Shown here: piece by piece, positions 38,656 to 47,780 of the stretch
Numbering within the stretch: the first letter of the stretch is position 1
How the letters are laid out: the number at the start of each line of letters is the position of its first letter
NCBI GenBank assembly: GCA_964384105.1
Contig: CAYLJV010000001.1
Coordinates: forward strand, 32,001 to 96,000
DNA: 64,000 nt
From: Candidatus Hadarchaeota archaeon
Lineage (GTDB): Archaea > Hadarchaeota > Hadarchaeia > Hadarchaeales > JAGGTB01
Direction: 5' to 3'
Made by a program: the position numbers and the translations under genes
The notes under the pieces: generated by a model
The model's input: the letters and a program-made list of their open reading frames with translations, nothing else
What the model was told of the DNA's origin: nothing
The model's database searches: none

Positions 38656-39789
38656 TTGCTTTTGTTATTAAAAAATAAAAACGATATAGAGGATTTTGTT
38701 CGAGGATGTACATTCTATGGAACTGGTGGTGGTGGGTCTCCGGCAAACGGATTGAGTATTCTAATGGATGCCTTTGAAGACAAAGGCGAAATTGAAGTCA
38801 AGGACCCATCCGAAATCGAGGATGATTCGTGGACAATTTGTGCATATGGTATGGGTTCCATAGCTCCGAGAACTTCCGAACAAAAGAAGGAAATGAAAAA
38901 TCTAGGTTTAGTTAAAGAAAAAATTCGTTATAAGCTAGTCGAAGCCGTGAAGGAATTTGAGGAATATACTGGCGAAAAAATTGGTTCAATAGTCCCATTG
39001 GAACTAGGTGGGATGAATACTCCTGCTCCAGTGGCTGCAGCAGTTAGACTTGGTATAGATGCGGTAAATGGAGATTATGCAGGAGGTAGAGCGATCCCGG
39101 AGGTTGTTCAGACGATGCCTCACATACATGGAGAGAGAATGAGTCCTTTGGTAAGTGTTGATCAGTGGGGTGATAAGGTAATAATCAAGGAGTCGATAAA
39201 CAACGAAGTTGCTGAAAAGATAGGCAAACTAGTTTCCAATCTTACTTATGGAGAGCTCGCAGGTAATGCTACTTATCTTATCAAAGGAAGTAGAATGAAA
39301 GACTTAGTAGTACCTGATACTTTAAATGAAGCTCTTGAAGTAGGGCGTGCAGTTAGATTAGCTAGAGAAGAAAATGAAGACGTAGTGGAATCTATTGTCG
39401 AATCTACTGGTGGTTATCTGTTATTTGAAGGCGAGATAACTGAAAAGGATGACTACGACAGGGAAGGTTACTACTGGGGTACTAATACTGTTAAAGGAAC
39501 AGGAGAATTTGAAGGCAAGGAATTCAAGTGTTGGTTCAAAAACGAAAACCATGTTTCTTGGTTAGATGGCGAACCATACGTTACTAGTCCGGACTTCATG
39601 ACATTCGTCGATTCTAGTACTGGAGAACCATATACCAATACAGAAATTAAACCAGGAATGGAAATGAGTGTGATAGGTATTAAATCGCACGAAAGCTTCC
39701 GGAAAAAAGAGGCAATAGAGGTTCTTGGTCCCAGGCACTTTGGTCATGATATTGAGTATGTGCCGATAGAGAAGAAAGTCAAAAAATGA
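38656..39789 (+). CDS. DUF917 family protein (thiohydantoin desulfurase-like)
   Basis: GCTFYGTGGGG, ELGGMNT, GDYAGGRAIPEV, FKNEN, SPD. Confidence 0.87.
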   Translation: MLLLLKNKNDIEDFVRGCTFYGTGGGGSPANGLSILMDAFEDKGEIEVKDPSEIEDDSWTICAYGMGSIAPRTSEQKKEMKNLGLVKEKIRYKLVEAVKEFEEYTGEKIGSIVPLELGGMNTPAPVAAAVRLGIDAVNGDYAGGRAIPEVVQTMPHIHGERMSPLVSVDQWGDKVIIKESINNEVAEKIGKLVSNLTYGELAGNATYLIKGSRMKDLVVPDTLNEALEVGRAVRLAREENEDVVESIVESTGGYLLFEGEITEKDDYDREGYYWGTNTVKGTGEFEGKEFKCWFKNENHVSWLDGEPYVTSPDFMTFVDSSTGEPYTNTEIKPGMEMSVIGIKSHESFRKKEAIEVLGPRHFGHDIEYVPIEKKVKK

Positions 39790-39969
39790 GTCTAGATTTT
39801 CATCCTTCACTTTTTTCTATTTTTTCTTGGGGTTCTCATAGACTATTTTCAATCTAGAAAAGGTATTGATTAAAAACATATATACTATCAAAACCGCTAT
39901 TTAGTAAAGGATTGCCTCCAAATTGTTGGAAACGGCTAGAGATGAGTGAAATAAGGAGAGTTGGATTAA

Positions 39970-41487
39970 ATGGAATCCGATGAGTATATCTTTGAAATGA
40001 GGAATATTACGAAAAGGTATCCCGGGGGAGTACTTGCTAATAAGAACGTAGATTTTAATGGAAAGTTAGGTGAGATTCATGCTCTGGTGGGGGAGAACGG
40101 TGCGGGAAAGACAACTTTAATGCATATTCTTTCTGGATTGTATAAACAGAACGAGGGAGAGATTTACGTTGATGGGGAAAAGGTCAATATAAAGTCCCCA
40201 AGGGAAGCTCTTAAACATGGGATCGGAATGGTCCACCAAGAGAGATTTCTTATTCCCGCTCATTCTGTGATAGAGAATATAGTACTCGGAGCTCCAGAGG
40301 GCTGGAAGCCTGATAAGAAAAAGGTAAAGAAACAAGCCGAAGAGATCTGCAAAAAATATAATTTGAAATTGGATTTAGATGCGAAGATTAGCGAGCTTTC
40401 AGCTGGAGAGAAACAACTGGCAGAGATTTTGAAGGTATTGTATCTAGATACTAATATAGTCATACTGGATGAGCCTACTTCCGTCTTGACTCCTGAAGAG
40501 ACAGAAAGATTTCTTGGGTCTATTAAGAAGATGGCTGAAGAAGGAAATGTCTGTATAGTTTTTATATCTCATAAGCTTCCGGTTGTTCTGAATATTAGTG
40601 ATCGTATAACTGTTCTTAGGGGAGGCGAGATAGTAGGGACTACGACTCCTGAAGAGAGCTCGCTTAAGGAACTCTCTAAGATGATGGTGGGCCGAGAAGT
40701 TCTTATGGATTTGGAGAGGGAGACTCAAGAGTCCGGGGAAGTAATACTCGAGCTCGAGAATATTTCCGCTAAAAATGATCGTGGTATAGAGGCTCTAAAG
40801 GATGTTTCTTTGGAAGTTCGGGAAGGTGAGATTTTGAGTATTGCTGGGGTTTCTGGTAATGGACAAGGTGAGTTGATGGAGGTAATAATGGGTTTAAGGA
40901 AACCTACTAAAGGAAAAATTATTTTTAGAGGTGTAGATGTTACCAATCTCTCAGTACAGGAAAGATGGAAAAAAGGCCTAGCTTATATTCCGTCAGAAAG
41001 GGTTGAGGTTGGGGTAATAGAAGAGTATAACTTAGTAGATAACGTCTTAATGTGTTTTTACCACGACGAAAGATATTGTAATCGAGGGGTATTGGACTAC
41101 AGTAAGTTGGGAGAAATTACAGAGAAATTCATTTCAGAATATAAAATAAAGGCGGAGGGTACTGACACACTTGTTGGTCACTTGTCTGGTGGGAATATCC
41201 AGAAACTTATCTTAAGCAGAGTTCTGGCAAGAAATCCAGATTTGTTGCTTGCGGAAGATCCTACCCATGGACTCGATGTAGCATCTATGGAGTTTGTGCG
41301 TAAGAAGCTTCTTGAGTTGAGACGTAATGGAAAAGGAGTTTTACTTGTTTCTAAAGATCTCGATGAGGTTATATCTATAAGCGATAGAATAGCTCCAATT
41401 TATGAAGGTGAAATCATGGGAGTTGTCTCTGCTGAGGATGCTACCAAGGATAAAATTGGTCATATGATGATGGGTGAAAAAGAATAA
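39970..41487 (+). CDS. ABC transporter ATPase, CUT2/nucleoside type (two NBDs)
   Basis: GENGAGKTT, LSAGEKQ, ILDEPT, ISHKL, GVSGNGQ, LSGGNIQK. Confidence 0.95.
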   Translation: MESDEYIFEMRNITKRYPGGVLANKNVDFNGKLGEIHALVGENGAGKTTLMHILSGLYKQNEGEIYVDGEKVNIKSPREALKHGIGMVHQERFLIPAHSVIENIVLGAPEGWKPDKKKVKKQAEEICKKYNLKLDLDAKISELSAGEKQLAEILKVLYLDTNIVILDEPTSVLTPEETERFLGSIKKMAEEGNVCIVFISHKLPVVLNISDRITVLRGGEIVGTTTPEESSLKELSKMMVGREVLMDLERETQESGEVILELENISAKNDRGIEALKDVSLEVREGEILSIAGVSGNGQGELMEVIMGLRKPTKGKIIFRGVDVTNLSVQERWKKGLAYIPSERVEVGVIEEYNLVDNVLMCFYHDERYCNRGVLDYSKLGEITEKFISEYKIKAEGTDTLVGHLSGGNIQKLILSRVLARNPDLLLAEDPTHGLDVASMEFVRKKLLELRRNGKGVLLVSKDLDEVISISDRIAPIYEGEIMGVVSAEDATKDKIGHMMMGEKE

Positions 41488-41504
41488 TTTGAGATATAGA
41501 TAAA

Positions 41505-42545
41505 ATGAGGCTTGTAAGAAAATTAAAACAGTCATCTACATCTACTCTGGCCATTTCTCTTATTTCTTTGGCTATTTCTATTGGGATTTTTAGTATCATT
41601 TTTTGGGGTGCTGGAATTAATATTCTGGACGGTTATTCTGAACTATTAAAATCTGGTTTTACAGGAGGAGGTTTGAATACAACTATCAGAAGGACTGGAA
41701 CTTTATTCCTTTTGGCTTTAGCTTTCATAATACCAAATAAAGCCGGATTGTGGAATATAGGAGGACAAGGACAATTCTTTTTGGGGATAATAGGTGCAGC
41801 AGGAATTTCTTATGCTTTTTCCGGTATGTCTGGCTATTTACTTATTCCAATAATGGCAATAGCTGCTATGGTAACAGGGGGAATCTGGGGTCTAATTCCA
41901 GGATATTTGAAAAGTAAGTTAGATGTTAATGAAATTGTTGTTTCACTAATGCTTAACTATGTTGCGATTCAGTTAGTAAACTATCTAGTGGTTCGTGGTC
42001 CTTGGATGTCGCCGTCAGGAAGACCAGAAAGTATGCCGATCCCTGAGCAAGCGCATATGCCTATGATTGGGGGGACGAGCATTCCTATTTCTATAATTGT
42101 TCCGATTGTGGCTTTGATAGTTTTCTTCTTTGTCTTCAAGAAAACTCGCTTGGGTTATGAAATTACCACGATAGGATCTAAATTTAGATCTGCGAGATAT
42201 GCAGGCATAAGCCATACGAAAATATATTTGTTTACCATGGTTATAGGAGGAGCTTTAGCTGGTTTTGCAGGGATGTCTCATTTAACCGCTGTAACTGGCT
42301 TCTTTAGATCTAATATTATTCCTCCGTGGGGTTATTACGCTATTGTTTTTGGTTTGTTTGTAGGTTTAGATTTGGTTTCGGCTTTACTCTACACATTCAT
42401 AATTACTGGTTTCTTAGTAGGAACCAAAGCTCTTCAGATAACTTTTGGTATGCACCATGGCATCAGCCTTTTATTTGTGGGATTGATAATTGTTGTCAAC
42501 ATTGCTCTCCAAGTATTCCGAGAGTACAATATTAAGAGGTCATGA
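41505..42545 (+). CDS. ABC permease (nucleoside-type, BPD_transp_2)
   Basis: GLWNIGGQGQ, VNEIVVSLMLNY, TRLGYE, ARYAGI. Confidence 0.92.
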   Translation: MRLVRKLKQSSTSTLAISLISLAISIGIFSIIFWGAGINILDGYSELLKSGFTGGGLNTTIRRTGTLFLLALAFIIPNKAGLWNIGGQGQFFLGIIGAAGISYAFSGMSGYLLIPIMAIAAMVTGGIWGLIPGYLKSKLDVNEIVVSLMLNYVAIQLVNYLVVRGPWMSPSGRPESMPIPEQAHMPMIGGTSIPISIIVPIVALIVFFFVFKKTRLGYEITTIGSKFRSARYAGISHTKIYLFTMVIGGALAGFAGMSHLTAVTGFFRSNIIPPWGYYAIVFGLFVGLDLVSALLYTFIITGFLVGTKALQITFGMHHGISLLFVGLIIVVNIALQVFREYNIKRS

Positions 42546-42555
42546 AGGTGGATAT

Positions 42556-43431
42556 ATGGTAGCAGTAGCAAGTACAATCACTATGATACTTCAGTCTTCC
42601 ATTATCTTCCTACTTCCCGCTTTAGGTGAGCTATACAGCCAGAGAGGTGGAATACTAAATATCTCTTTAGAAGGCTTAATGCTCACAGGTGCTTTGGTTT
42701 CCGTTGCAGTTGCAGTTACAACTTCAAATGTATGGTTGGGCATTATTGGTGGAATGGCTGCGGCGGGTTTACTTGGTTTTTTCCACGGTTTCCTGTCAAT
42801 TTCTTGTAAGGTTTCACAAGTGGCAAGTGGATTGGGTATATGGCTATTTGCTATTGGTTTTACTACATATTTAGGGAAACCTTTTGAAGGGCCTGTTAGA
42901 TTTACAATACCTAAAATTGCCTTTGGCCTTACTCCGATTTTCTTTATAGCGATAGCTTTAGTTCCTGTATTTTGGTTTATTCTAAACAGGACTAGTTTTG
43001 GAATAGGAGTTAGATCCGCGGGTGAGGACCCTTTGATTGCAGAAGCTTGGGGTGTTAATGTTACTAAGGTTCGATATGTTGGAGTTATTGTTGGTGGTCT
43101 TCTAGCTGGCTTGGCTGGTGCTTATCTTTCTTTGTCTTATACTAGTTTGTGGTCTCCGGGAATAACAGGGGGCCGTGGTTGGATAGCTCTTGCTCTTATA
43201 TTCTTCTCGTTATGGAGTTCTCGGATTCTAATATTCAGTTCGCTATTTTATGGAGTGTTGTGGGTGGCTACCTTTAAACTACAACTGTCTCTTCCAGGGA
43301 TTAATGTGGCGATACTTCAGGCTTTACCTTTCGTAGTAGTGATTATTGCTTTAACTGTTATCAAACTCGGAAGGTTTGGAATGGAACAGGCAATGCCTGC
43401 GTCCTTAGGTGAACCATTCATAAAGGAATGA
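42556..43431 (+). CDS. ABC permease (nucleoside-type), second subunit
   Basis: ALGELYSQRGGILNISLEG, RSAGEDP, GRGWIALA, MPASLGEPF; ATG at 42556 is the likely start. Confidence 0.92.
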   Translation: MVAVASTITMILQSSIIFLLPALGELYSQRGGILNISLEGLMLTGALVSVAVAVTTSNVWLGIIGGMAAAGLLGFFHGFLSISCKVSQVASGLGIWLFAIGFTTYLGKPFEGPVRFTIPKIAFGLTPIFFIAIALVPVFWFILNRTSFGIGVRSAGEDPLIAEAWGVNVTKVRYVGVIVGGLLAGLAGAYLSLSYTSLWSPGITGGRGWIALALIFFSLWSSRILIFSSLFYGVLWVATFKLQLSLPGINVAILQALPFVVVIIALTVIKLGRFGMEQAMPASLGEPFIKE

Positions 43432-43517
43432 TTTTCTAAAGTCTTTGTCTCTTGGTTATTGCCATAGACGCAGAATTTATATCTAATAGACAATCATTAT
43501 CTGCAATAGGTAATAAC

Positions 43518-44762
43518 ATGGTAATAAAGAAACCAGGTAGAACTTATTACAAAAAACCCGTTTTCCCAGATTTTCCAAAAAGTGAGTGGGAATCTAGAAT
43601 CGACAAGGCACAAGAGATAATGTCCGACAGTGACATAGACTGTTTGTTAGTTTGGCAGAGAGAAAATGTGAGATATTTCTATGGCTTCCAGACAATACAT
43701 TGGTATCTTAAGAGTCTTCAGCCCGGAGTAGGTATAATTCCTGCTGAGGGAGAGCCTACTTTGGTAGTACCTGAACTGTTTCAGGGAAATGTTGAAGGTC
43801 TTTGTTGGTTAGATGATATTAGGGTACAAGAAGACCCGCATCAGCCAAAAGTTCAGCGAGAACTACCCAAAGAAATTGCAGAAATAGTTAAAGAAAAGGG
43901 CTATGGAGATGGAAACATTGCCCTAGAAAAAGGTCCTCTTGGATGTACTTGGATTCCGAGGCCGTTGAACGATATTGAGACGCTTAAGAATTCCTTGCCA
44001 GATGCGAATTTTGTTGATGGCGACAAAGTTATTTGGGGCTGTAGAATGATAAAGAGCCCATTGGAACTAGAGAGAATTAGAAAATCTATTAATGGAATAA
44101 AGAAAGTGCAAGCTGCTATTGTTGAGCAGTATCGACCAGGAATGATGGAAGAGGACATACAGAAGATAATTGACAGGACTAGAGCTGAATTGGAAGGTAA
44201 CTCGCTAGGACATGATGGAGTTTCTTGGGAACACTTTATCGCAGGAACGAAAAAACAGTCGTTTGCTGACATAAAGGCTTTGGAAGGTGCTACCATAGGA
44301 AAGAACGATCCTATCCAGTATGATGGCGCTTTCTACTACAAAGGCTACTGTCCGGATAGCGCGAGAGTATGGCAAGTTGGTCCAGTAACGGAGCAAATAG
44401 AAGAATACTATAGTATAATCTTTGAAGGTGAGGATAACGTCGAAGAGATGTTGCGTCCGGGAGTCAAGGCTAACGAAGTTTACGAAGCTATGTACAAGCC
44501 AATAAAAGATAGAAATCTTAAAGGCCTAGACATGGGTGGTCATGGTACCGGGATGGATACTCATGAACCCCCCTCGATAGATGAATGGAATGAACAGAAG
44601 ATAGAAGAGGGAATGGTTCTTTCTATTGAGCCTTGGTTAGTTTCCGACGAAGGAGTATTGTTCGGAATACAGGATACTTTCGTCGTCACTAGAAATGGCT
44701 GTGAGAAAATTGAGGCCCTTAACAGAGATATTAAACAAGTCTATCATCCATATACCTACTAG
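43518..44762 (+). CDS. M24 (creatinase/Xaa-Pro peptidase-like) hydrolase, paralogue 2
   Basis: Collinear with 35719 protein (FPDFPKSEW..RID, WIPRPL.DIE, CRMIKS); D..D, GHGTG..HEPP, SIEPW, GIQD; ATG at 43518 is the likely start. Confidence 0.88.
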   Translation: MVIKKPGRTYYKKPVFPDFPKSEWESRIDKAQEIMSDSDIDCLLVWQRENVRYFYGFQTIHWYLKSLQPGVGIIPAEGEPTLVVPELFQGNVEGLCWLDDIRVQEDPHQPKVQRELPKEIAEIVKEKGYGDGNIALEKGPLGCTWIPRPLNDIETLKNSLPDANFVDGDKVIWGCRMIKSPLELERIRKSINGIKKVQAAIVEQYRPGMMEEDIQKIIDRTRAELEGNSLGHDGVSWEHFIAGTKKQSFADIKALEGATIGKNDPIQYDGAFYYKGYCPDSARVWQVGPVTEQIEEYYSIIFEGEDNVEEMLRPGVKANEVYEAMYKPIKDRNLKGLDMGGHGTGMDTHEPPSIDEWNEQKIEEGMVLSIEPWLVSDEGVLFGIQDTFVVTRNGCEKIEALNRDIKQVYHPYTY

Positions 44763-44774
44763 GAGGTGTGAGTT

Positions 44775-45749
44775 TTGGAAAATTTAGGTGTAGTGTTTCC
44801 CGGTGATTATCCTAGTAATAAGGTAGTAAAACAGTCTAAGTTTATAGATAAGAAGGGATTGGATTCGGTCTGGGTTATAGAGGATTATTTCTTCAGAGCT
44901 TCTTTCCCGTTAGCGGGAGCTGTTATGGCAAATACTGAAAACGTTAAAGTGGGAGTAGGTTGTCCCAATGTCTATACAAGGACCCCTGCTCTGACAGCTA
45001 TGTCTGCTGCTACGGTCGACGAGATTTCGAGTGATCGATTTATTTTGGGATTAGGTGCCGGCGTAAAAGGTTGGATCGAACAGCAGGGTATCGAGTGGAA
45101 CAAGAATCTTGGTAGAGTGCGAGAGTTCATTGATGTAGTTAGGAAGATTTTAGCTAACGAAAAGGTAGATTATTCGGGTGACTTCTATACAGCGAAGGAT
45201 ATAGAACTCGAGTTTGAACCACCCAGCAAAAAGATTCCGATCTATATAGCCGCTATGGGTCCCAAAATGACGCAGCTTTCAGGAGAGATTTCAAATGGTG
45301 TGCTTTTGTCAGTATGTACTCCGGCAGAATGGCTAGATGTTGTTAAACAAAACTTGGAGAAAGGTGCGAAGAGATCAGGAAAATCTTTGAATGATATTAA
45401 TATAGCGTCTTACATCCTCGTTTCGATGTCAGAGGACCGGAAAAAAGCGATGGAGAAAGTGAAGCCAATGATAGCTTTCTATCTATCTTTGCCAATATTC
45501 GATGCTATTCTCGAAGACATCGGAATGACTGATGAAGTTGCACCTGTAAGTGAGGCCTATTCAAAGGGAAACAAAGAAGAAGCTTTTGAGTATATGACAG
45601 AGGATATCATTGATACATTTGCCGTGGCCGGAACACCTGAAGAATGTAGAGAAAAGTTAGAAGGATTCGTAGAAGCTGGAGTAAACGAGCCATTGGCTTG
45701 GCCCATAATGGATGTAAAAGAAATGGTAAACGGGTTAGCAGAGGATTAA
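44775..45749 (+). CDS. LLM-class (Mer-like) probable F420-dependent oxidoreductase
   Basis: NVYTRTPALTAMSAATVDEIS.DRFILGLGAG, IPIYIAAMGPKM, AGTPEEC; SD GGAGGTG at 44762. Confidence 0.87.
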   Translation: MENLGVVFPGDYPSNKVVKQSKFIDKKGLDSVWVIEDYFFRASFPLAGAVMANTENVKVGVGCPNVYTRTPALTAMSAATVDEISSDRFILGLGAGVKGWIEQQGIEWNKNLGRVREFIDVVRKILANEKVDYSGDFYTAKDIELEFEPPSKKIPIYIAAMGPKMTQLSGEISNGVLLSVCTPAEWLDVVKQNLEKGAKRSGKSLNDINIASYILVSMSEDRKKAMEKVKPMIAFYLSLPIFDAILEDIGMTDEVAPVSEAYSKGNKEEAFEYMTEDIIDTFAVAGTPEECREKLEGFVEAGVNEPLAWPIMDVKEMVNGLAED

Positions 45750-45793
45750 TTTCCTCTCACTTCTTTTTTATTTTTCAGTTTGATTGTGGCAGT

Positions 45794-46114
45794 TTATTTT
45801 TCTCCAGGATACTTTATCTCTTCGCCGAAGAATGCTTTGCTTTCACCGATGTATTCGCTCCACTGCTCCAATAATTTTTTAGCTTCTTCTGATTCTAGGT
45901 CTTTCTTGTAATTTTCCGAGTTGGTTATTTTTATGTGTTCGATGTAATCGTAGGGAACTTCATTCTGTAGACTCTCTGTTATCCGATAGACTCTATAGAA
46001 TATTATAGAATCGATTTTCCGAGCAATGGAGTAATCAGATTCTTTTACCCATTTTTCATAATCCTTTTGTTTTGCGTCGTCCTTTAGTTTGGTCAAGAAA
46101 AAAGTTGCAGACAT
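45794..46114 (-). CDS. REDY-like/HapK (EthD-like dimeric alpha-beta barrel) protein
   Basis: LKD....DYEKWV.ESDY and PYDYIE motifs; 106 aa. Confidence 0.72.
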   Translation of the reverse strand: MSATFFLTKLKDDAKQKDYEKWVKESDYSIARKIDSIIFYRVYRITESLQNEVPYDYIEHIKITNSENYKKDLESEEAKKLLEQWSEYIGESKAFFGEEIKYPGEK

Positions 46115-46285
46115 TTTATCTGCTTCTTAAGAAGGGACATATTTTTAATAAGTTTTTGGTTTTGATTTGTTTGATTTTAAATTTTGATACTCGCAACTTT
46201 CGTAAAAAGTCAGCTCTGTTTTTGTATCATTATATCTATGTTAATAAAAAAGAAAAAAGGAAGAAAGAAAAAAGTCAAAGCCTAC

Positions 46286-47644
46286 CTATTGTAGTGATCC
46301 GACGACTCCCTCTACGAAGTAATCCATAGTTAGTAGGTCTTCTCCAGATGGCATTTCTCCTTCTGCGCTTCTTACATTACCGTCTCTATCTACTACTTCC
46401 TGAATGAATGGGTCCCAAACTCCTGTTCTTAGCTGGTTTCTGGTGGCAGTAATTTCGTCGATTACATCCTGCGGAATTTCATCTATCCAATGAGGCGAAA
46501 TCGCGTCTACACCTATCCTATCGTTTTGTCTTAGATCGGTAACACTTATCCTATCGCTTTCTCCGGCGTATAGTGATTCACTCATTGTGGGGAAATGTAT
46601 TGGTTCTGGATCTCCGCCTCTCAAGTAGTCTTTTATTACTCGGTCCAATATTATTTCCCAACGTGACTCGTAGCTAACAGCTACTTCTTCGTCAGTCGCC
46701 CATCCTTCTCGAACATAGTCCAAAGATTTACCTATGAAAGGTATTCCGGCATCAGAAGCCACTCTGACTGGTGACTGTGAGTCGGTTACCTGCCAAAGTA
46801 CTGATACTTCCCTGTCTTCGACTAGTGTCGTTGCTAGTTCTCTTTCTGCCGTTGGGTTGAACCATGATCCTTCCCAGAGCACGTGAACTTCTGCTTGTGG
46901 GTTCACGCTTCTTGCTCCCATGGTGAATGCATTGATTCTTCGGTAATTCAATGAGGCGGGCATTGATCCGACACATCCAATTTTGTCGTTAGTGGCTAGT
47001 GAACCAGCTATCATGCCAGCAAGATAGATAGCTTGGTATTCCTTGGGGAATGCTCTAATGAAGTTGTTTGGGACATCAGCCATTCCTCCATGTGGCTCGA
47101 ATTGCCCGACAATTTCAGGAACGAAATATACGTCGGGGTAGTCTGCTGATATTTCTTCTAGTGGAAGACCAATATATTCTGCATTGCAGAATATTATGTC
47201 GGCGCCACTGTCTTCAATCATACTCTTTGCTACATCTACAACATCTTCTACTGTTACAGATTCCCTAACTACTGAGTTTATTTCTAATGGATAGTTACTT
47301 TCCATCCAAGTTCTAGATGCGTCACAAGCGGTCGTCCAGGATTCAGGTCCTACTGGTGCATAGTAAATCCATCCGAGTGTTAGTTCTTTGGTACCGTTTC
47401 CAGTTGGTGTGGCCAGTTCGTCTATTATGCTTTGTGGGATTGAATTTTGGGCTATATCTCGAACGTCGGTTTCTGATGCTCCCTGCAAATAATTCTGAAC
47501 GTCTGATTTGTTGACTTCTCCTTCTGCTCCTCCGTCTTTGGGAGTTAGAGCGTAAGTTCCTACTCCAACTACTACTGCTGTAACTATCACTGCTATTACA
47601 ACAACGCTAATGGTAGCTAATCCTCTTTCGCTAAATTTAATCAT
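46286..47644 (-). CDS. BMP ABC substrate-binding protein, paralogue 2
   Basis: Closely collinear with the 37175 protein; SD tcacctcc at 47647-47654 supports ATG at 47644. Confidence 0.9.
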   Translation of the reverse strand: MIKFSERGLATISVVVIAVIVTAVVVGVGTYALTPKDGGAEGEVNKSDVQNYLQGASETDVRDIAQNSIPQSIIDELATPTGNGTKELTLGWIYYAPVGPESWTTACDASRTWMESNYPLEINSVVRESVTVEDVVDVAKSMIEDSGADIIFCNAEYIGLPLEEISADYPDVYFVPEIVGQFEPHGGMADVPNNFIRAFPKEYQAIYLAGMIAGSLATNDKIGCVGSMPASLNYRRINAFTMGARSVNPQAEVHVLWEGSWFNPTAERELATTLVEDREVSVLWQVTDSQSPVRVASDAGIPFIGKSLDYVREGWATDEEVAVSYESRWEIILDRVIKDYLRGGDPEPIHFPTMSESLYAGESDRISVTDLRQNDRIGVDAISPHWIDEIPQDVIDEITATRNQLRTGVWDPFIQEVVDRDGNVRSAEGEMPSGEDLLTMDYFVEGVVGSLQ

Positions 47645-47780
47645 TATCACCTCCTTAAAACTGCAATACTAACCTATTAGCTCGTTATACGTTATATATT
47701 TATAACTTACTCAGCAAGCTGTATATTTCAATAAATTAAAAAATAAGCTTTATTGCTACTCAAATAGCGAAAATAAGCTT

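Noticed and set aside
33376-45749. Evidence for methanogenesis or an Frh hydrogenase (frhB, cofH, mer-like)
   Set aside because: No frhA/G, mcr or mtr in the window; the LLM lacks the Mer signature; F420 use is widespread outside methanogens
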